This document shows, piece after piece, positions 26,923-36,825 of a stretch of DNA of 64,000 nucleotides (position 1 is the first letter of the stretch; every line of letters begins with the position of its first letter). Position numbers and translations under genes: made by a program. Origin of the DNA: an uncultured Spirochaetaceae bacterium (GTDB taxonomy: Bacteria; Spirochaetota; Spirochaetia; DSM-27196; PWMO01); contig CAZUVX010000001.1 in assembly GCA_964623865.1 (NCBI GenBank), positions 96,304 through 160,303 of the forward strand. The letters run 5' to 3'. The notes beneath the pieces were generated by a model. It was not told the origin of the DNA. It saw only the letters and a program-made list of their open reading frames with translations, and did not search any database.

Positions 26923-27009
26923 ATTCCTCTCCTCATCCGTCGTCGTGCACGCTGGTCAGACCCAATCCTATACAAATGGGCCCGCGTGTACAAACGCCAC
27001 CGGCAGCTT

Positions 27010-29373
27010 TCATGGCAATCTACGCTTTCTGCCGTCGTGCACCCCCGCCTCCGACCTGGGACGAATGTCGGCCCGTTGGAGGCGCCGGGAGTTCGTTACG
27101 ACGTTGACGGAGCTGAACGCCATTGCGATCTCCGCAAGTACCGGGTGCAGTGCTCCCACGAAGGCGAGGGGAATCATGACGACGTTGTAGAAGAACGCCC
27201 AGAAGAGGTTCCGGCGGATCTTTCGGAAGGTGGCGCGGCTGAGCTTCACCGCCTTGACCACGGCGGACAGATTGCCCTGCACCAGGACGATGTCCCCCGC
27301 CTCGATTGCTACATCCGTGCCGGTGCCGATGGCAATTCCGACGTCGGCCTGGGTCAGGGCGGGGGCGTCGTTGATCCCGTCCCCGATCATCGCCACTCGC
27401 AGGCCCTCGTTCTGGAGGCGCGCGATCTCCGCCGCCTTGTCCGCGGGAAGAACCTCTGCAATGACGCGATCGATCCCAACCTCTCGGGCAATGGCGTGGG
27501 CGGTCCGCTCGTTGTCACCGGTGATCACCGCGGTGGTGAAGCCCATGTCCGCGAGCTCGCCGATCGCCGCGGCGCTGTCCGCCTTGAGACGATCTGCAAC
27601 TCCTATCAGGCCGATAACTGCGCCCTCCGCTACGATCCACATTGCAGTCTTTGCCGCGTGCTCGATCTCCTCTTTGCGCTGCCGCAATGAGTCGGGAACC
27701 GCAACGCCCTCTTCCTCCAGGAATGCGGTCGTACCAACCAGGGCGGCAATGCCGTCCACGGTGCCGCGGACGCCCCTACCGGATACCGCCTGGAAGCTCT
27801 CCGGGACCGAGTAGTCGATACCCCGACTCTCAGCGTGCTCTACAACCGCCCTCCCGAGGGGATGCTCACTGTCGCGCTCCAGGGAGGCCGCCAGGCGAAG
27901 GAGTCGGTCCTCGCTCCATGCGCCCTCCGCGCCGACGACCACGTCGGTGACGCCGGGCTTGCCTTCGGTAATCGTACCGGTCTTGTCCAGGACAATGGTG
28001 TCGACCTCGCGGAGCGCCTGAATTGCGGCGCCCTTCCGGACCAGAACGCCGTTCGCCGCACCCATGCCGGAGCCCACCATCAGGGCCGTCGGGGTCGCCA
28101 GGCCCAGCGCGCAGGGACAGGCGATGACCAGGACCGCAATGGCCGCGTACAGCGCCAGCGCCCCGCTTCCCATTGCCGGATTGACCCAGGGCAGGACCGC
28201 AGACAGGGCGCCGGCAATGCCCCCGAAGAAGCCCGGGAAGAGAAGCCACACTGCCAGCGTAACCACGGCCAGCCCAATAATGATCGGTACGAAGACGGCC
28301 GTAACGCGATCTGCGAGCGCCTGCACGGGGACTTTTGATCCCTGCGCCTCCTCGACCAGGCGGATCACCTGACTGAGAAAGGTGTCCTTTCCCACGCGGG
28401 TCGCCCGGATCCGGAGAGCGCCGTTCCGGTTGATGGTTGCGCCGATCGCTTCGGCTCCCTTGCTCTTGGCAACGGGCATTGACTCGCCGGTCGCGAGAGA
28501 CTCATCCACCGAGCTCTCACCGGAGAGAACCACGCCGTCGGTGGGTATCTTCTCGCCGGGGCGGACGACCATGATATCGCCCTCCTGCAGACTATGGACC
28601 GGAATCGTCAGCTCCTTGCCGTCGCGTTCAATGCGCGCTTCCTTGGCCTCCAGGGTGAGGAGGCGTTTGATCGCCTGCGAGGCGCGGCCCCGCGCTTTGG
28701 TCTCGATGTAGCGGCCGGTAAGGTGGAAGGCCATGATCATGCCGGCAACGCCGCCGAAGTTGGCGAAGGCGGGGGCCAAGCCGACCTGGTGGAGCGCCGC
28801 AACGACACCGGTGGCGAGGGCGGCGAGTGTTCCCATGGCAATCAGGACGTCCATGTTGGGGGTAAGGTTCGTTGCCGACTTGACGGCGCTTCGCAGGGTT
28901 GCCCGGCCGGGCCCAAAGAGAACGAAGGCGCTGAGGACAACCATTCCGATGTTGAAAACCACGGCGCCGCCCAGGGCGACACCGGCAATCATCTCCGGGA
29001 GCATCCACAGGACTATCACGATCGTCGCCCCCCAGGCGGCCCACATGGTCCGCCGGGCCGAGACGATTTTGCGCTCGTCCTTGGACATCTCTGCGTCGAC
29101 GCCGCTCTCCGCTCTCCCGTCACCGGTTTCAACGGCAACGTCGTGCCGTGCGGCGTCGCGGAACCGCGCCCCGTACCCCGCCTTGGATACCGCCTCCACT
29201 ACGGCGGCGAGGTCTGCGCCCTCTTCATCCACCTCGATCCGGGCGGTGTCCGTTGCCAGGTTCACTGCGGCGGACTGAACGCCGGGGACTCCCTGGAGGG
29301 AACGCTCCACGGCGCCGGCGCACCCTGCGCAGTGCATTCCTTCAATATCGAGCATCTCTATTTTAGTACTCAC
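27010..29373 (-). CDS. copA: Copper-translocating P1B-type ATPase
   Basis: N-terminal HMA domain [17 protein letters not shown] motif ([11 protein letters not shown]), phosphorylation site DKTGTIT, and hinge [11 protein letters not shown] start with AGGAGA 7 nt upstream. Confidence 0.95.
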   Translation of the reverse strand: MSTKIEMLDIEGMHCAGCAGAVERSLQGVPGVQSAAVNLATDTARIEVDEEGADLAAVVEAVSKAGYGARFRDAARHDVAVETGDGRAESGVDAEMSKDERKIVSARRTMWAAWGATIVIVLWMLPEMIAGVALGGAVVFNIGMVVLSAFVLFGPGRATLRSAVKSATNLTPNMDVLIAMGTLAALATGVVAALHQVGLAPAFANFGGVAGMIMAFHLTGRYIETKARGRASQAIKRLLTLEAKEARIERDGKELTIPVHSLQEGDIMVVRPGEKIPTDGVVLSGESSVDESLATGESMPVAKSKGAEAIGATINRNGALRIRATRVGKDTFLSQVIRLVEEAQGSKVPVQALADRVTAVFVPIIIGLAVVTLAVWLLFPGFFGGIAGALSAVLPWVNPAMGSGALALYAAIAVLVIACPCALGLATPTALMVGSGMGAANGVLVRKGAAIQALREVDTIVLDKTGTITEGKPGVTDVVVGAEGAWSEDRLLRLAASLERDSEHPLGRAVVEHAESRGIDYSVPESFQAVSGRGVRGTVDGIAALVGTTAFLEEEGVAVPDSLRQRKEEIEHAAKTAMWIVAEGAVIGLIGVADRLKADSAAAIGELADMGFTTAVITGDNERTAHAIAREVGIDRVIAEVLPADKAAEIARLQNEGLRVAMIGDGINDAPALTQADVGIAIGTGTDVAIEAGDIVLVQGNLSAVVKAVKLSRATFRKIRRNLFWAFFYNVVMIPLAFVGALHPVLAEIAMAFSSVNVVTNSRRLQRADIRPRSEAGVHDGRKRRLP

Positions 29374-29503
29374 AGTGTTTCTCCTATGGTCGGTGACGGC
29401 GTGATGCGACGGACGCTTCGGCCCGGCGTGCGGTTCCGCGGTGCCCGGCGTGCCGCGCCGCCGGCTGTGCGTCGGCGCCGAGCGTCCCGTCCCGGATGCC
29501 GCT

Positions 29504-29788
29504 TCAACCGTGCTTGCGGAACCGACCGATGACGCTCATGAGCTCGTCGATCTTGTCCTTCTTCTCGGTGGGATCCTCGCCCTGGATGGCGTCGGTGACG
29601 CAAGTCTGTAGGTGATTCTGCATGACCAGATCCTCCACGCTCCGAAGGGCTGCGACCACGGCACTCGTCTGGTTCATAATGTCCACGCAGTAGCGGTCAT
29701 CCGCTATCATGCGGCGGATGCCCGCTATCTGCCCTTCGATCCGGCGGAGGCGCGCGTCGACGCTCGCTTTGAGTCTCTCGTCCATCAT
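29504..29788 (-). CDS. csoR: CsoR-family copper-sensing transcriptional repressor
   Basis: 94 aa. [34 protein letters not shown] gives the C...H-x3-C metal ligand set of CsoR. It is located upstream of copA. Confidence 0.9.
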   Translation of the reverse strand: MMDERLKASVDARLRRIEGQIAGIRRMIADDRYCVDIMNQTSAVVAALRSVEDLVMQNHLQTCVTDAIQGEDPTEKKDKIDELMSVIGRFRKHG

Positions 29789-29796
29789 ACGATCAA

Positions 29797-29825
29797 AATA
29801 TACAATACCCCCGCAGGGTATTCAA
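29797..29825 (-). promoter_or_regulatory. Candidate sigma-70 promoter of csoR(-copA); predicts a leaderless or near-leaderless mRNA
   Basis: The minus strand reads TTGAAT (29825-29820), N17, TATATT (29802-29797). Only 8 nt separate the -10 box from the csoR ATG (29788), and there is no SD. Confidence 0.5.
29804..29822. promoter_or_regulatory. Candidate CsoR operator
   Basis: Perfect 7-bp inverted repeat AATACCC-N5-GGGTATT (29804-29810 / 29816-22). It is of the TACCC...GGGTA type described for CsoR operators and lies inside the csoR promoter spacer. Confidence 0.6.
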
Positions 29826-30018
29826 GCGTCGCGGTCCCCGCGGTCCCCGCGGCCGACGCGGCCGATTCCGTCGCAGCCGCCGGGGTCGGCTGCGTCGCGG
29901 TCCCCGCGGCCACCGGGGCGGGTCCCGCGGCGGGCTCCGCGGCCGGCCCTGCGCATCCCGGTAGTCGCCGACTCCGTGAACGTCTATACTCACAGGCAAC
30001 CATGAAACAGGAATCCCT

Positions 30019-31032
30019 ATGAACCACGAAGAAAGCAGCGTCGCCGTCCTCTGGGACGCTGAAAACGTTCGCCCGAAGAACCTGAAAGCCCTCGTGGATG
30101 CGGTCGGCGAGTTCACCGGTCGGTTCGGCCGTCTCTCCGTCGCCTACGCCTTCGCGGACTGGCGGCGCCGCGATATCGGCAACGCCGACGAGCTCTTTTC
30201 ACGCGCCTCGTTTCAGCTCGTTCATATCCCGAAGGGTCGCAAGAACAGCGCGGACATCTCCATGGTGACGAGCGGAATGGAACTGCTCTTTCTCTATCCG
30301 CATATCTCCACGTACTTGCTGGTAACGGGAGACGCCGACTTTCGCCCCCTGATAGTCAGCATTCGGCGACGCGGAGCCCGGATCGTCATCATCTGCGACG
30401 CCCAGAGCGCCAGCGAGGATCTTCTGGAGTTGGCGGACGACTACAAGGACTACCGCGACCTCCTCTCGGACGACGACAGCGAGCAGGAGGCCCCGGAGAA
30501 GGACGAGACGCCGCTGACCCGAGAGGCCGCGTTCCAGCAGTTGGCGGAAGCGGTGAGCATGCTGAGGGAGAAGGGCAAGAAACCCTCCCTGGGACCAACC
30601 AAGATCCGCTTGAGCCTTCTCAACGAGGACTTCAACGAAAAGAAGCTCGGCTACCGCAGCTGGAAGGGCTTCGTCCTGGACGCCCAGAAGAAGGGGTACG
30701 TGACCATCTCCTCCACGGAGTCCGACCTGGTCCTGGATCTTCCCAAGGGGCCGAAGGCGGGGGAGGACACGCTCTCCGAGCCGTTGGCGAGCTTCCTCAA
30801 GGCGGTTGCCAAGGCCAGAGAGCAGCGCTCGGATGATGAAGTGCCCTTCGCCTCGGTGGGCAATGTGCTGAAGGATCTCAACGTCGACTACGGGAAATAC
30901 GGGTACCGCAGCTTCAAGGGGCTCGTTCGGGCCGCCGAGAAGCGCGGCTTGGTGGAGTCGGTGAATCGCGGTCTCGAATGGTGTGTGCGTCTCAGCCGGG
31001 AAGGCTCACGCCACCTCTCCGCGGGTCGCTAA
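30019..31032 (+). CDS. NYN-domain (PIN-like RNase fold) protein with two C-terminal OST-HTH/LOTUS domains
   Basis: NYN/LabA pattern VAVLWDAENVRPKN...ADWRR...KGRKNSADISMV...YLLVTGDADFRPLIVSIRRRGARIVIIC. Two LOTUS-like units follow (LNEDFNEKKLGYRSWKGFVLDAQKKGYV; LKDLNVDYGKYGYRSFKGLVRAAEKRGLV). Confidence 0.8.
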   Translation: MNHEESSVAVLWDAENVRPKNLKALVDAVGEFTGRFGRLSVAYAFADWRRRDIGNADELFSRASFQLVHIPKGRKNSADISMVTSGMELLFLYPHISTYLLVTGDADFRPLIVSIRRRGARIVIICDAQSASEDLLELADDYKDYRDLLSDDDSEQEAPEKDETPLTREAAFQQLAEAVSMLREKGKKPSLGPTKIRLSLLNEDFNEKKLGYRSWKGFVLDAQKKGYVTISSTESDLVLDLPKGPKAGEDTLSEPLASFLKAVAKAREQRSDDEVPFASVGNVLKDLNVDYGKYGYRSFKGLVRAAEKRGLVESVNRGLEWCVRLSREGSRHLSAGR

Positions 31033-31212
31033 CCCTTAGAGCCATTCCGGGGCGTGTACGTCCTGCATCGCACTCGTTCCGGCGTGCCCATCCCCTTCAG
31101 GCGCCACGAGCCCTGCAACCGCGAGCATATGAACCGTGGCGCCCCACTCTTGCCCGTTGTCTGCACGTGTGCAACCTCGCTACTATCAACGGAGCACACT
31201 CAAGGAGCCTTC

Positions 31213-32061
31213 ATGTCCGAACCGCTGGTGCTAGATGGAAGACGCCTGGCCAAGGAAATCGAAGCCGACCTTTCCCGGAGGGTCGAAGGGCTCGTCGCCT
31301 CTCTGCGACGGACGCCGGCACTCGCAACGATTCTGGTCGGAGACGATCCAGCATCGGCGACGTACGTGCGCATGAAGGGCAACGCGTGCCGCCGGGTCGG
31401 TCTGGAGTCTCGTAAGCTGGAGCTTGGCGCAGACGCCACGACCGCAGAGGTGATCGCCACCATAGAGGAATTGAACACCGACCCGTCGGTGTACGGGATT
31501 CTCCTGCAGCATCCGGTCCCCGACCAGGTGGATGAGCGCGCCTGCTTCGACGCCATTGCTCCGGAGAAGGACGTCGACGGGGTGACCTCCCTGGGCTTCG
31601 GTCGCATGGCCATGGGCGTGCCGGCGTACCCGAGCGCGACGCCCGGCGGTATCATGCGGATGCTCGCGCACTACGGAATCACCCTCGAAGGAGCGCACGC
31701 CGTGATCATCGGGCGAAGCCCAATCCTGGGTAAGCCCCTCGCGCAGCTCATGCTCAACGCGAACGCCACCGTGACGGTGTGCCACTCGCGAACGCGTAAC
31801 CTGCCGGAGGTGGTGCGGACTGCGGATGTCCTTGTCGGTGCGGTGGGGAAGCCGCGCTTCGTCCAGGCCGACTGGGTTCGCGACGGCGCAGTCCTCGTTG
31901 ATGCCGGCTACAATCCCGGAAACATCGGCGACATTGATCTGGAGGCGGCGGCACCGAAGAGCCGGGCCTACACACCCGTGCCGGGCGGCGTGGGTCCCAT
32001 GACCATTGCCACCCTCATGGCCCAGACGGTGGAGGCGGCGGAAGCCGCCGTGAGCGGGTAG
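31213..32061 (+). CDS. folD: Bifunctional methylenetetrahydrofolate dehydrogenase/cyclohydrolase
   Basis: From the ATG at 31213 (AAGGAG 5 nt upstream): [10 protein letters not shown]...[26 protein letters not shown]...ILLQHPVP...[17 protein letters not shown]...TVCHSRT...[12 protein letters not shown]. Confidence 0.95.
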   Translation: MSEPLVLDGRRLAKEIEADLSRRVEGLVASLRRTPALATILVGDDPASATYVRMKGNACRRVGLESRKLELGADATTAEVIATIEELNTDPSVYGILLQHPVPDQVDERACFDAIAPEKDVDGVTSLGFGRMAMGVPAYPSATPGGIMRMLAHYGITLEGAHAVIIGRSPILGKPLAQLMLNANATVTVCHSRTRNLPEVVRTADVLVGAVGKPRFVQADWVRDGAVLVDAGYNPGNIGDIDLEAAAPKSRAYTPVPGGVGPMTIATLMAQTVEAAEAAVSG

Positions 32062-32159
32062 GGGGCGCCGTTCTCGAGTGCGCCTGCATCTGCAGAAGAG
32101 TCTCTGAATCGATGCTTACGGCCATCGCCCCCGCCGGGTTGGAACGGATCCGGCCGGCG

Positions 32160-32447
32160 TCACTCCTCGGCGAGGACGTCGGCGTATTCGGGCTTGCGGT
32201 TGACGAACTCCGAAACGAAGGGGCACTTCGGAACGACGCTGTAGCCGTTCTCCCGGGCGTACTCGAGGGCGTGCCGGACGAGTCGGGCGCCGATCCCGCG
32301 GCCCCGGAAGACATCCGGCACGTAGGTGTGGTCGTACTCCAGGGTAGAGTCATCTACCCGGCTGTAGGTGAGTTCCGCCTCGTTTCCGTCCACGGAGACG
32401 ACGAAGCGTTGAAGATCTGTATCGTGTTGAATCGTGATCTTGTTCAT
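32160..32447 (-). CDS. Small GNAT-family N-acetyltransferase (YjdJ-like, about 95 aa)
   Basis: MNKITIQHDTDLQRFVVSVDGNEAELTYSRVDDSTLEYDHTYVPDVFRGRGIGARLVRHALEYARENGYSVVPKCPFV contains the R-G-x-G-I-G acetyl-CoA loop. I trimmed to the ATG at 32447 with a GAGGAG RBS. Confidence 0.8.
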   Translation of the reverse strand: MNKITIQHDTDLQRFVVSVDGNEAELTYSRVDDSTLEYDHTYVPDVFRGRGIGARLVRHALEYARENGYSVVPKCPFVSEFVNRKPEYADVLAEE

Positions 32448-32625
32448 TGGTGTACTCCTCTTGCCGAGAAGGTACGGGTTCCAACGACGGTGCGGCCACC
32501 ACGGCCATGGGAGCACGGAGGCCGCCGTCACTGCCTGCCGTCGCACCGAAGCGGCGAGGTGGAGCAACGACCCGGGAAATCCGTAATGGACGACCAGGGA
32601 ACGCCGTAATGGAGGGTCTAATACT

Positions 32626-33486
32626 GTGAAGCAGCTACGTCTTGTCGCGCTGACGCCACTTCTGGTGGGGCTCACGCTTGCGTGCTCGATCGACTATCGC
32701 TTCGTTGGAGAGGGAGAAGCTGCGCCCCGGGGAACCGAGAGGATTGCCTGGGAGCCCTATCTTCCCGGGATCGACCTGGCGCACCATCAGATGGAGGACC
32801 CGCCGCAACGCCTTTACTTCGTACGGGTAGACCTGGGGCGGCCGGGAGTCTCGGTGACAACGACGCCACCGAACGGCGAGCGCCCGCTGGAGGTGGACGG
32901 CATGCGGACCACCACCTTCCTCCGCCGAAGCGGTGCGGACCTCGCGATAAACGCCTCCCAGTTCCGCCCGGTCGAGCAGGAGGAGTTTGCCCCCAAAGAC
33001 ATTGCCGGGCTTGCGGTCTACGAGGGGCGTCGGTACTCCCCTGACGAAGGCTCTCAGGACGTCATTGCCTTCACTGCGAATGGGCTCGCCGTCATTTCAG
33101 GTGATACCGCCGGGATGGAGGGCATTCGTACTGCTGTCGCGGGTCGCCCCGTTGTCCTTGACGACGGGGCGGTTGGAAGCTTCGGACCGGCGCGCCATCC
33201 CCGGACGGCCGTTGGTGTAAGCGCCGACGGCCGCATGGTGTACATCGTCGTAGCGGAGGGTCGCATGGGATCCCGCAGTATTGGGCTCACGCTCTCCGAA
33301 GTGGGTCTGTGGCTGCGATTGCTCGGCGCCGCAGACGGCCTGAACCTCGACGGCGGGGGCTCGTCTACGCTGGTCATTCGCGACGCCGCGGGAGAGCCGA
33401 TGCGGGTCAATCGCACGGTCCACAATCCCATCCTCGGAAACGAGCGGGTCGTCGCCAACCACCTGGGAATTGTGGTGAAGGAGTAG
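32626..33486 (+). CDS. Phosphodiester glycosidase family (DUF2233) lipoprotein
   Basis: Lipobox LVGLTLAC. The family hallmark is near the C-terminus: GAADGLNLDGGGSSTLVI. GTG start with GGAGGG upstream. Confidence 0.8.
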   Translation: MKQLRLVALTPLLVGLTLACSIDYRFVGEGEAAPRGTERIAWEPYLPGIDLAHHQMEDPPQRLYFVRVDLGRPGVSVTTTPPNGERPLEVDGMRTTTFLRRSGADLAINASQFRPVEQEEFAPKDIAGLAVYEGRRYSPDEGSQDVIAFTANGLAVISGDTAGMEGIRTAVAGRPVVLDDGAVGSFGPARHPRTAVGVSADGRMVYIVVAEGRMGSRSIGLTLSEVGLWLRLLGAADGLNLDGGGSSTLVIRDAAGEPMRVNRTVHNPILGNERVVANHLGIVVKE

Positions 33487-33548
33487 TCTCGTGGGCGCAG
33501 AGATCGTCTATGCACCGCGGCGGGATGTCGTCGGCATTGTCCCGGGAA

Positions 33549-34079
33549 TCAGGTCCGCCGGCCGGAATTCCCGGAAGGAACCCGCGCCTGTGTCTGGGAT
33601 TCCAGCGTCTTTATGAGGGAGTCGAACTCCTCCTGAAGGTGCGGTGCCTCCTGCACGATTGTCCGGTGGGCGTCGAGGAGGTAATCGGAGCTGAGAAGAT
33701 CCTTGTGGTCCGGCGAGATCTTCGTCAGAACGTCCCGGCGGATGTCCTTGAGGGCGGAGCTCTCGGTGACGGTGAAGTAGGCCAACAGGTGCATGTCCGA
33801 GAGGATCCGTTTGACCTTCGCCGATGGATTGCACAGAATCAGCTCTCCCTCGTGACGCTCCAGGATCTTCTTGAGCTTGATGAAGGTCCCAATGGTGGTG
33901 CTGTCGACGTAGGAGGTCGTGCTCAGCTCGGCGTAGATCCGGCGGAAGCTCGGCGGATCCAGACTCGCCGCCAGGTGGGCGTACATGGATTGCGCCAGGT
34001 GCGCCGTCACTTCTCCCGCGATGAAGAGGATGAGCTCGTCGGTCTTGCGGACGTAGTGAACTGAGCCTTGCTCCCGCAT
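33549..34079 (-). CDS. STAS-domain protein (anti-sigma-factor-antagonist fold) with a C-terminal extension of about 70 aa
   Basis: ILFIAGEVTAHLAQSMYAHL...IYAELSTTSYVDSTTIGTFIKLKKILERHEGELILCNPSAKVKRILSDMHLLAYFTV has the SpoIIAA-like DSTTIG phospho-Ser context. Confidence 0.75.
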   Translation of the reverse strand: MREQGSVHYVRKTDELILFIAGEVTAHLAQSMYAHLAASLDPPSFRRIYAELSTTSYVDSTTIGTFIKLKKILERHEGELILCNPSAKVKRILSDMHLLAYFTVTESSALKDIRRDVLTKISPDHKDLLSSDYLLDAHRTIVQEAPHLQEEFDSLIKTLESQTQARVPSGNSGRRT

Positions 34080-34142
34080 GCCTATGGCGAGTATACGGAA
34101 TTCCGGGCGCCTCCGTCAGGGGGACCGGATCCTGGAAAGGCA

Positions 34143-35147
34143 ATGAATATGGAACCCGAATCGAATAGTCCCCCGGTCGGTCGCCCGGTCGCAGCGTGGA
34201 CGAAAAGCGGTGCCGCCACGACCACCTCCTCCGACCACGCCTCTCCCCGCCCCGAGAGCAACCCTGTCGGTGTCGTCCTCACGACATCGGCCTTTCTGTT
34301 GTGGGGGATTCTGCCTCTCTACTGGCGCGTGGTGGACGCCGTCCCATCGTCGCAGATTCTCGCTCACCGGATCCTCTGGTCCGCGGTACTCACCGGGGCG
34401 ATCAGCCTGGTGGCCTTCCGGCGTCCCCTGGTCGAGGCGGTGCGGTCGTGGCGGGCGGCGCGGCCCATGGTGGTCGGCGGGCTCCTCCTGGGGATCAACT
34501 GGTTCACCTACATCTATGCGGTTACCAGCGGTCATGTCGTCGAGGCGAGCATGGGGTACTACATCAATCCGCTGTTCAGCGTGGTTCTCGGCGTGCTGAT
34601 TCTGCGGGAGCGTCTGGGCACGGGAGAGTGGGTTGCCTTCGGCTTCGCGGCGACGGGGGTGCTTCTCCTGGCGATCCGCCTCGCCCGCATTCCCTGGATC
34701 GCCCTCGTCCTGACGCTGACCTTCGGGATCTACGGGCTGGTGAAGAAGCGGACCTCAGTTCCGGCGGTTCCGGCGCTTGCAGTGGAGACCGCGACCCTTG
34801 CGCCGGTAGCGCTGGTCTACCTCATCCTTGCACCCGGCGCGGGCGACTACATGCGGGACCCCCTGCTTGCGGTGTTCCTGCTCGGCGCCGGCCTCGTCAC
34901 GGCGCTGCCGCTCTACCTGTTTGCCGAGGGGGCGCGGAAGATCATGCTCGCCGCCGTCGGCTTTCTCCAGTACATTGCGCCGACCATGACCCTGGCGATC
35001 GGCGTGCTCATCTTCGGAGAGCCCTTCACCCGTATGCATCTGGCAAGCTTCGGTCTCATCTGGACGGGAATCGTCATCTTCTCTCTTGCGCGATCTCGAC
35101 GACGAGGTTCCAGAGCGTCTCGTCAGGGGGCTCGGCGACCATCATGA
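34143..35147 (+). CDS. rarD: RarD / EamA-family (DMT superfamily) transporter
   Basis: FLLWGILPLYWRVVDAVPSSQILAHRILWS...NWFTYIYAVTSGHVVEASMGYYINPLFSVVLGVLILRERL is the RarD pattern. The start is trimmed to the ATG at 34143. The 3' end overlaps the convergent rluA-like gene by 74 nt. Confidence 0.85.
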   Translation: MNMEPESNSPPVGRPVAAWTKSGAATTTSSDHASPRPESNPVGVVLTTSAFLLWGILPLYWRVVDAVPSSQILAHRILWSAVLTGAISLVAFRRPLVEAVRSWRAARPMVVGGLLLGINWFTYIYAVTSGHVVEASMGYYINPLFSVVLGVLILRERLGTGEWVAFGFAATGVLLLAIRLARIPWIALVLTLTFGIYGLVKKRTSVPAVPALAVETATLAPVALVYLILAPGAGDYMRDPLLAVFLLGAGLVTALPLYLFAEGARKIMLAAVGFLQYIAPTMTLAIGVLIFGEPFTRMHLASFGLIWTGIVIFSLARSRRRGSRASRQGARRPS

Positions 35148-35814
35148 CCGGGTGCTGCCGAATGGGATGCAGGAAGGACATGGCCCGGGCGTGGAGGTGA
35201 ATACCCCCTTCGGGGTTGGAGCGGCGGGCGCCATATTTGAGGTCACCCTTGATGTGGCACCCAACAGCCGCAAGCTGGGCACGGATCTGGTGGTGGCGTC
35301 CCGTGATCAGATCGATCTCCAGAAACGCGTACCGCTCCGACCGCCCCAGGAGGCGGTAGGCGAGGCGCGCCCGCTTTGCCTTCTCCCGGGGCTCCTCGAA
35401 GGTGTAGGACTTGTTGAGCTCCCTGTCGTGGTAGATGAAGTGCTCGAGCTCTCCCGCTTCCCGGGGCGGCTCGTTGTCTACGACGGCCCAGTAGGTCTTC
35501 GTGACGCCGCGCCCGGCCGCCGTCGCGACGGGGCGGAAGAGGGCGTTCATCTGTCTCTGCGCTGCGGGAGTCTTGGCGTACACCACGCAACCGCTGGTCG
35601 GGCGATCTAACCGATGGATCACTCCCGCAAAGACGCCGCCGGGGGGTGGCGGCGTCCGGTCGTTCAGGTAGCGCTCCACCGCCGTTACCAACGGCTCGTC
35701 GCCGGATGTGTCCCCCTCCACCAGGTCGCCGCAGCGCTTGTTGATGCCGATCAGATGGTCGTCTTCGTAGATGACGCGCAGGGGTTCCAGAACGCCTCCC
35801 GTGACAGGTCGCAC
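35074..35814 (-). CDS. RluA-family pseudouridine synthase
   Basis: The catalytic motif HRLDRPTSGCVVYAKT and the HQIR motif (TGRHHQIRAQLA) are both present. Confidence 0.9.
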   Translation of the reverse strand: MRPVTGGVLEPLRVIYEDDHLIGINKRCGDLVEGDTSGDEPLVTAVERYLNDRTPPPPGGVFAGVIHRLDRPTSGCVVYAKTPAAQRQMNALFRPVATAAGRGVTKTYWAVVDNEPPREAGELEHFIYHDRELNKSYTFEEPREKAKRARLAYRLLGRSERYAFLEIDLITGRHHQIRAQLAAVGCHIKGDLKYGARRSNPEGGIHLHARAMSFLHPIRQHPVMMVAEPPDETLWNLVVEIAQERR

Positions 35815-35845
35815 GGTCGCTTTCCGAGCGGTGATCCGGTGCGTC

Positions 35846-36622
35846 TCACTCTTTCCAGGGGAAGATCATACCCTTCAAGCTCCGCTTGCCGACCCTCTCC
35901 TGATCCTCGACCAGAAGGGCGTCCCAGGGAATCGTCCGGCGACTCGCATCCGGGTGCTCCTCGAGGTAGTCGTACTTGTAGAGTCGGAGCTTGACGCCAC
36001 CCTGTAGCCAGATGAGAACGCCCATGAGGCCGGGGATCAGAAAGGCAGTCAGGACGGAGACCGCCGCAAGAAAGACCGTGACGATGAAGCTTCCGAGTGC
36101 GTAGCCGGTGTTGTCGAAGAAGAGAATGAAACACTTCTTCATGATCTTTCCAAAGCTCTTGTCGAGCTGCGCCCGGACCGGAAAGAAGAACTGCGCCGCC
36201 AGCAGCCATATCACGTATGCCCAGAACAGCACCGCTGCGGCGGCGGTGCCGAAGAGATTCCCCATTCCCGTATAGATTGGAAAGGCTATGGAGAGCAGAA
36301 AGACCATCAAGACATTGATGATGCCGAAGAGGAGGCTCGTGATCCACGTGTCCTTGAAGTAGGCCCACAGCTTCTTCCACTCCAATCCCTCGTACTCGGC
36401 GATGTCGCGAGCCGTCATTGACGCGGCACCCGCGAAGAGGAACAAGAGAACCACGCCCCCGCCGAGTATCACCAGGGTGAGTACGGGAAGGGTACCCGCC
36501 ATGGTGAAAGGGAGCGCAAAGGGAATCGCCATGAGCAGGACGAAACCGAAGTTTATGAGGACACTACCGATGAAATTGTCCCACATATCGAAGAAGGACT
36601 TCTTGATAAGAAAGGCAAACAT
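35846..36622 (-). CDS. Polytopic membrane protein (possibly DUF624/YesL-like)
   Basis: From the ATG at 36622: MFAFLIKKSFFDMWDNFIGSVLINFGFVLLMAIPFALP..., with about 6 TM spans. Function unknown. Confidence 0.55.
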   Translation of the reverse strand: MFAFLIKKSFFDMWDNFIGSVLINFGFVLLMAIPFALPFTMAGTLPVLTLVILGGGVVLLFLFAGAASMTARDIAEYEGLEWKKLWAYFKDTWITSLLFGIINVLMVFLLSIAFPIYTGMGNLFGTAAAAVLFWAYVIWLLAAQFFFPVRAQLDKSFGKIMKKCFILFFDNTGYALGSFIVTVFLAAVSVLTAFLIPGLMGVLIWLQGGVKLRLYKYDYLEEHPDASRRTIPWDALLVEDQERVGKRSLKGMIFPWKE

Positions 36623-36825
36623 TGCGGGAACAAGTGTACACGGAGGCGCCCAACGGAACAACCATCGGTGAGCGGGTGCCGGACTGCGCCGGCCCACGAG
36701 CACCCCGGGGTCCCGTCGTCCACCCTCCGGCGCGGCTCCCGTGCCGATCCGGTTTCCGTCGTTGCCGGAACGCCGGTACCGCGGCTATGCTGGAAACAGA
36801 CGCGATAATTCGAGGAGGCTGTGCG

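Noticed and set aside
29374-29503. Possible small copZ-like chaperone gene between csoR and copA
   Set aside because: No ORF in the 130-nt spacer has an MxCxxC motif or an RBS. The listed 77-aa minus-strand ORF (29370..29603) is R-rich and overlaps csoR out of frame.
26422-29532. Plus-strand ORFs 26422..27690, 27230..27814 and 28594..29532
   Set aside because: They are antisense to arcB and copA, both unambiguous by motif.
33508-34143. 211-aa minus-strand ORF overlapping the STAS gene in another frame
   Set aside because: The peptide is P/R/G-rich without features. The 33549..34079 frame gives a recognisable STAS fold pattern.
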